A program made the position numbers and the translations under genes. A stretch of 64,000 nt of DNA. Source: a virus. Positions within the stretch are counted from its first letter, which is position 1. The number at the start of each line of letters is the position of its first letter. Positions 63,353 to 64,000 of the stretch are shown in pieces. The notes under the pieces were generated by a model. The model saw only the letters and a list, made by a program, of their open reading frames with translations, did not search any database and was not told the origin of the DNA. The stretch lies in IMG/VR virus record IMGVR_UViG_3300020392_000005; one strand, given 5' to 3'.

Positions 63353-63450
63353 TTATCCTTAAATCGTTCCTCCTCATCCTTATATGGTGGCGCAAACACA
63401 CACCTTATAATGAAGACGACCGAGAATCCTAATATGAAGAAAGTTATCAT
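63322..63450 (-). CDS. 42-aa membrane peptide (not in ORF track)
   Basis: MITFFILGFSVVFIIRCVFAPPYKDEEERFKDKWNWTGFGGV. Confidence 0.4.
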   Translation of the reverse strand: MITFFILGFSVVFIIRCVFAPPYKDEEERFKDKWNWTGFGGV

Positions 63451-63543
63451 TGTTTGTTGCGTCCGTCTCTATGCTGTACTCTATGGTATCTCTGGAGGAC
63501 TCTACACATCTATGTATAAGAAATGAGAACTCCAGAGGTACGA

Positions 63544-63606
63544 TTAATTGATAACACTTGTAATTAATTGTAATGCAAGTGCTAATATTGTAAGTGCTGT
63601 CAACAT
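63544..63606 (-). CDS. 20-aa hydrophobic peptide coupled to pqqA
   Basis: TAATG overlap; MLTALTILALALQLITSVIN. Confidence 0.35.
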   Translation of the reverse strand: MLTALTILALALQLITSVIN

Positions 63607-63683
63607 TATCTTAACGCCGTTGAGTATGAGTTAATCTCTAAACCAACACACACAATATCAATAACAGGTACTGACCATTGCAT
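63606..63683 (-). CDS. pqqA: Pyrroloquinoline quinone precursor peptide PqqA (not in ORF track)
   Basis: AGGAG RBS; MQWSVPVIDIVCVGLEINSYSTALR has M-x-W-x-x-P, CVGxE and the invariant E-x-x-x-Y core of alphaproteobacterial-type PqqA. Confidence 0.85.
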   Translation of the reverse strand: MQWSVPVIDIVCVGLEINSYSTALR

Positions 63684-63749
63684 AATGAACTCCTATGTAA
63701 AGGTTAATATTACTTGTTATACTATTATTTATTAATACAGAAAAATCGC

Positions 63750-63778
63750 TTGACAAGGTAGCGACTATGTGTTAGTAT
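63750..63778 (+). promoter_or_regulatory. Sigma70-type (early) promoter TTGACA-17-TAGTAT
   Basis: Exact -35, 17-nt spacer, -10-like hexamer, A-rich upstream tract. Confidence 0.7.
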
Positions 63779-63815
63779 GAAGTATGATAAAAATTAAACA
63801 AGAAAGGACTATACT

Positions 63816-63935
63816 ATGAGTTGTGAACATACACAAAGATTCCTAGAGGATAAGTATGAAGAAGGCTTAGAGCAAGGTATGTCAGAAGCTGAGGCTGAGG
63901 CATATGCTCATAAGTGTTTAGAAGAGTGCCCTTAA
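63816..63935 (+). CDS. 39-aa acidic peptide (not in ORF track)
   Basis: GAAAGGACTA RBS; MSCEHTQRFLEDKYEEGLEQGMSEAEAEAYAHKCLEECP. Confidence 0.6.
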   Translation: MSCEHTQRFLEDKYEEGLEQGMSEAEAEAYAHKCLEECP

Positions 63936-64000
63936 TAGGAACATAAAAAATATCCCAAAAAATTTTCGTGCCCTAAAAGTTATGGCTTGCGCCAGTCTCC

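Noticed and set aside
63204-63401. 65-aa minus-strand ORF from the track
   Set aside because: It overlaps two more plausible ORFs in other frames and has no clear RBS.
1-64000. tRNA, tmRNA, rRNA, integrase or transposase genes
   Set aside because: None recognised by eye; the intergenic gaps are short and explained by promoters or small ORFs.

Overview
This is a 64-kb AT-rich segment of a marine T4-like myophage. The host is probably an alphaproteobacterium (SAR11-like or similar), inferred from a Shemin-pathway ALA synthase and an alpha-type PqqA. Almost everything is on the minus strand. The window holds the virion module: PAAR, gp25, gp6, gp7, gp9/10-like, gp8, a 2036-aa DUF4815/VrlC-like protein, tail fibres and four giant receptor-binding-like proteins, then gp13-gp21 and the start of gp22. 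Many T4-type late promoters (TATAAATA) punctuate it. Three accessory blocks are embedded. (1) At ~33.1-43.6 kb, a tightly coupled cluster of four radical SAM/SPASM enzymes, three 2OG-Fe(II)/cupin oxygenases, a glycosyltransferase-like protein and unknowns surrounds a 257-aa virion-like protein ending in CHSSCHGSCHGSRGRR. This is the best candidate for an undescribed RiPP-like system that modifies a virion protein. (2) At 11.9-15.3 kb, a hemA-pcyX-hemO bilin cassette plus an apparently catalytically dead heme-oxygenase paralog. (3) At 60-64 kb, Fe-S assembly genes (IscA, Nfu), a glutamine (glnA-type) riboswitch directly behind a late promoter, and a 25-aa PqqA (PQQ precursor peptide) gene that the ORF track missed. 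No tRNA, rRNA, CRISPR array or mobile element was seen. All family assignments come from motif recognition by eye; no database searches were run.
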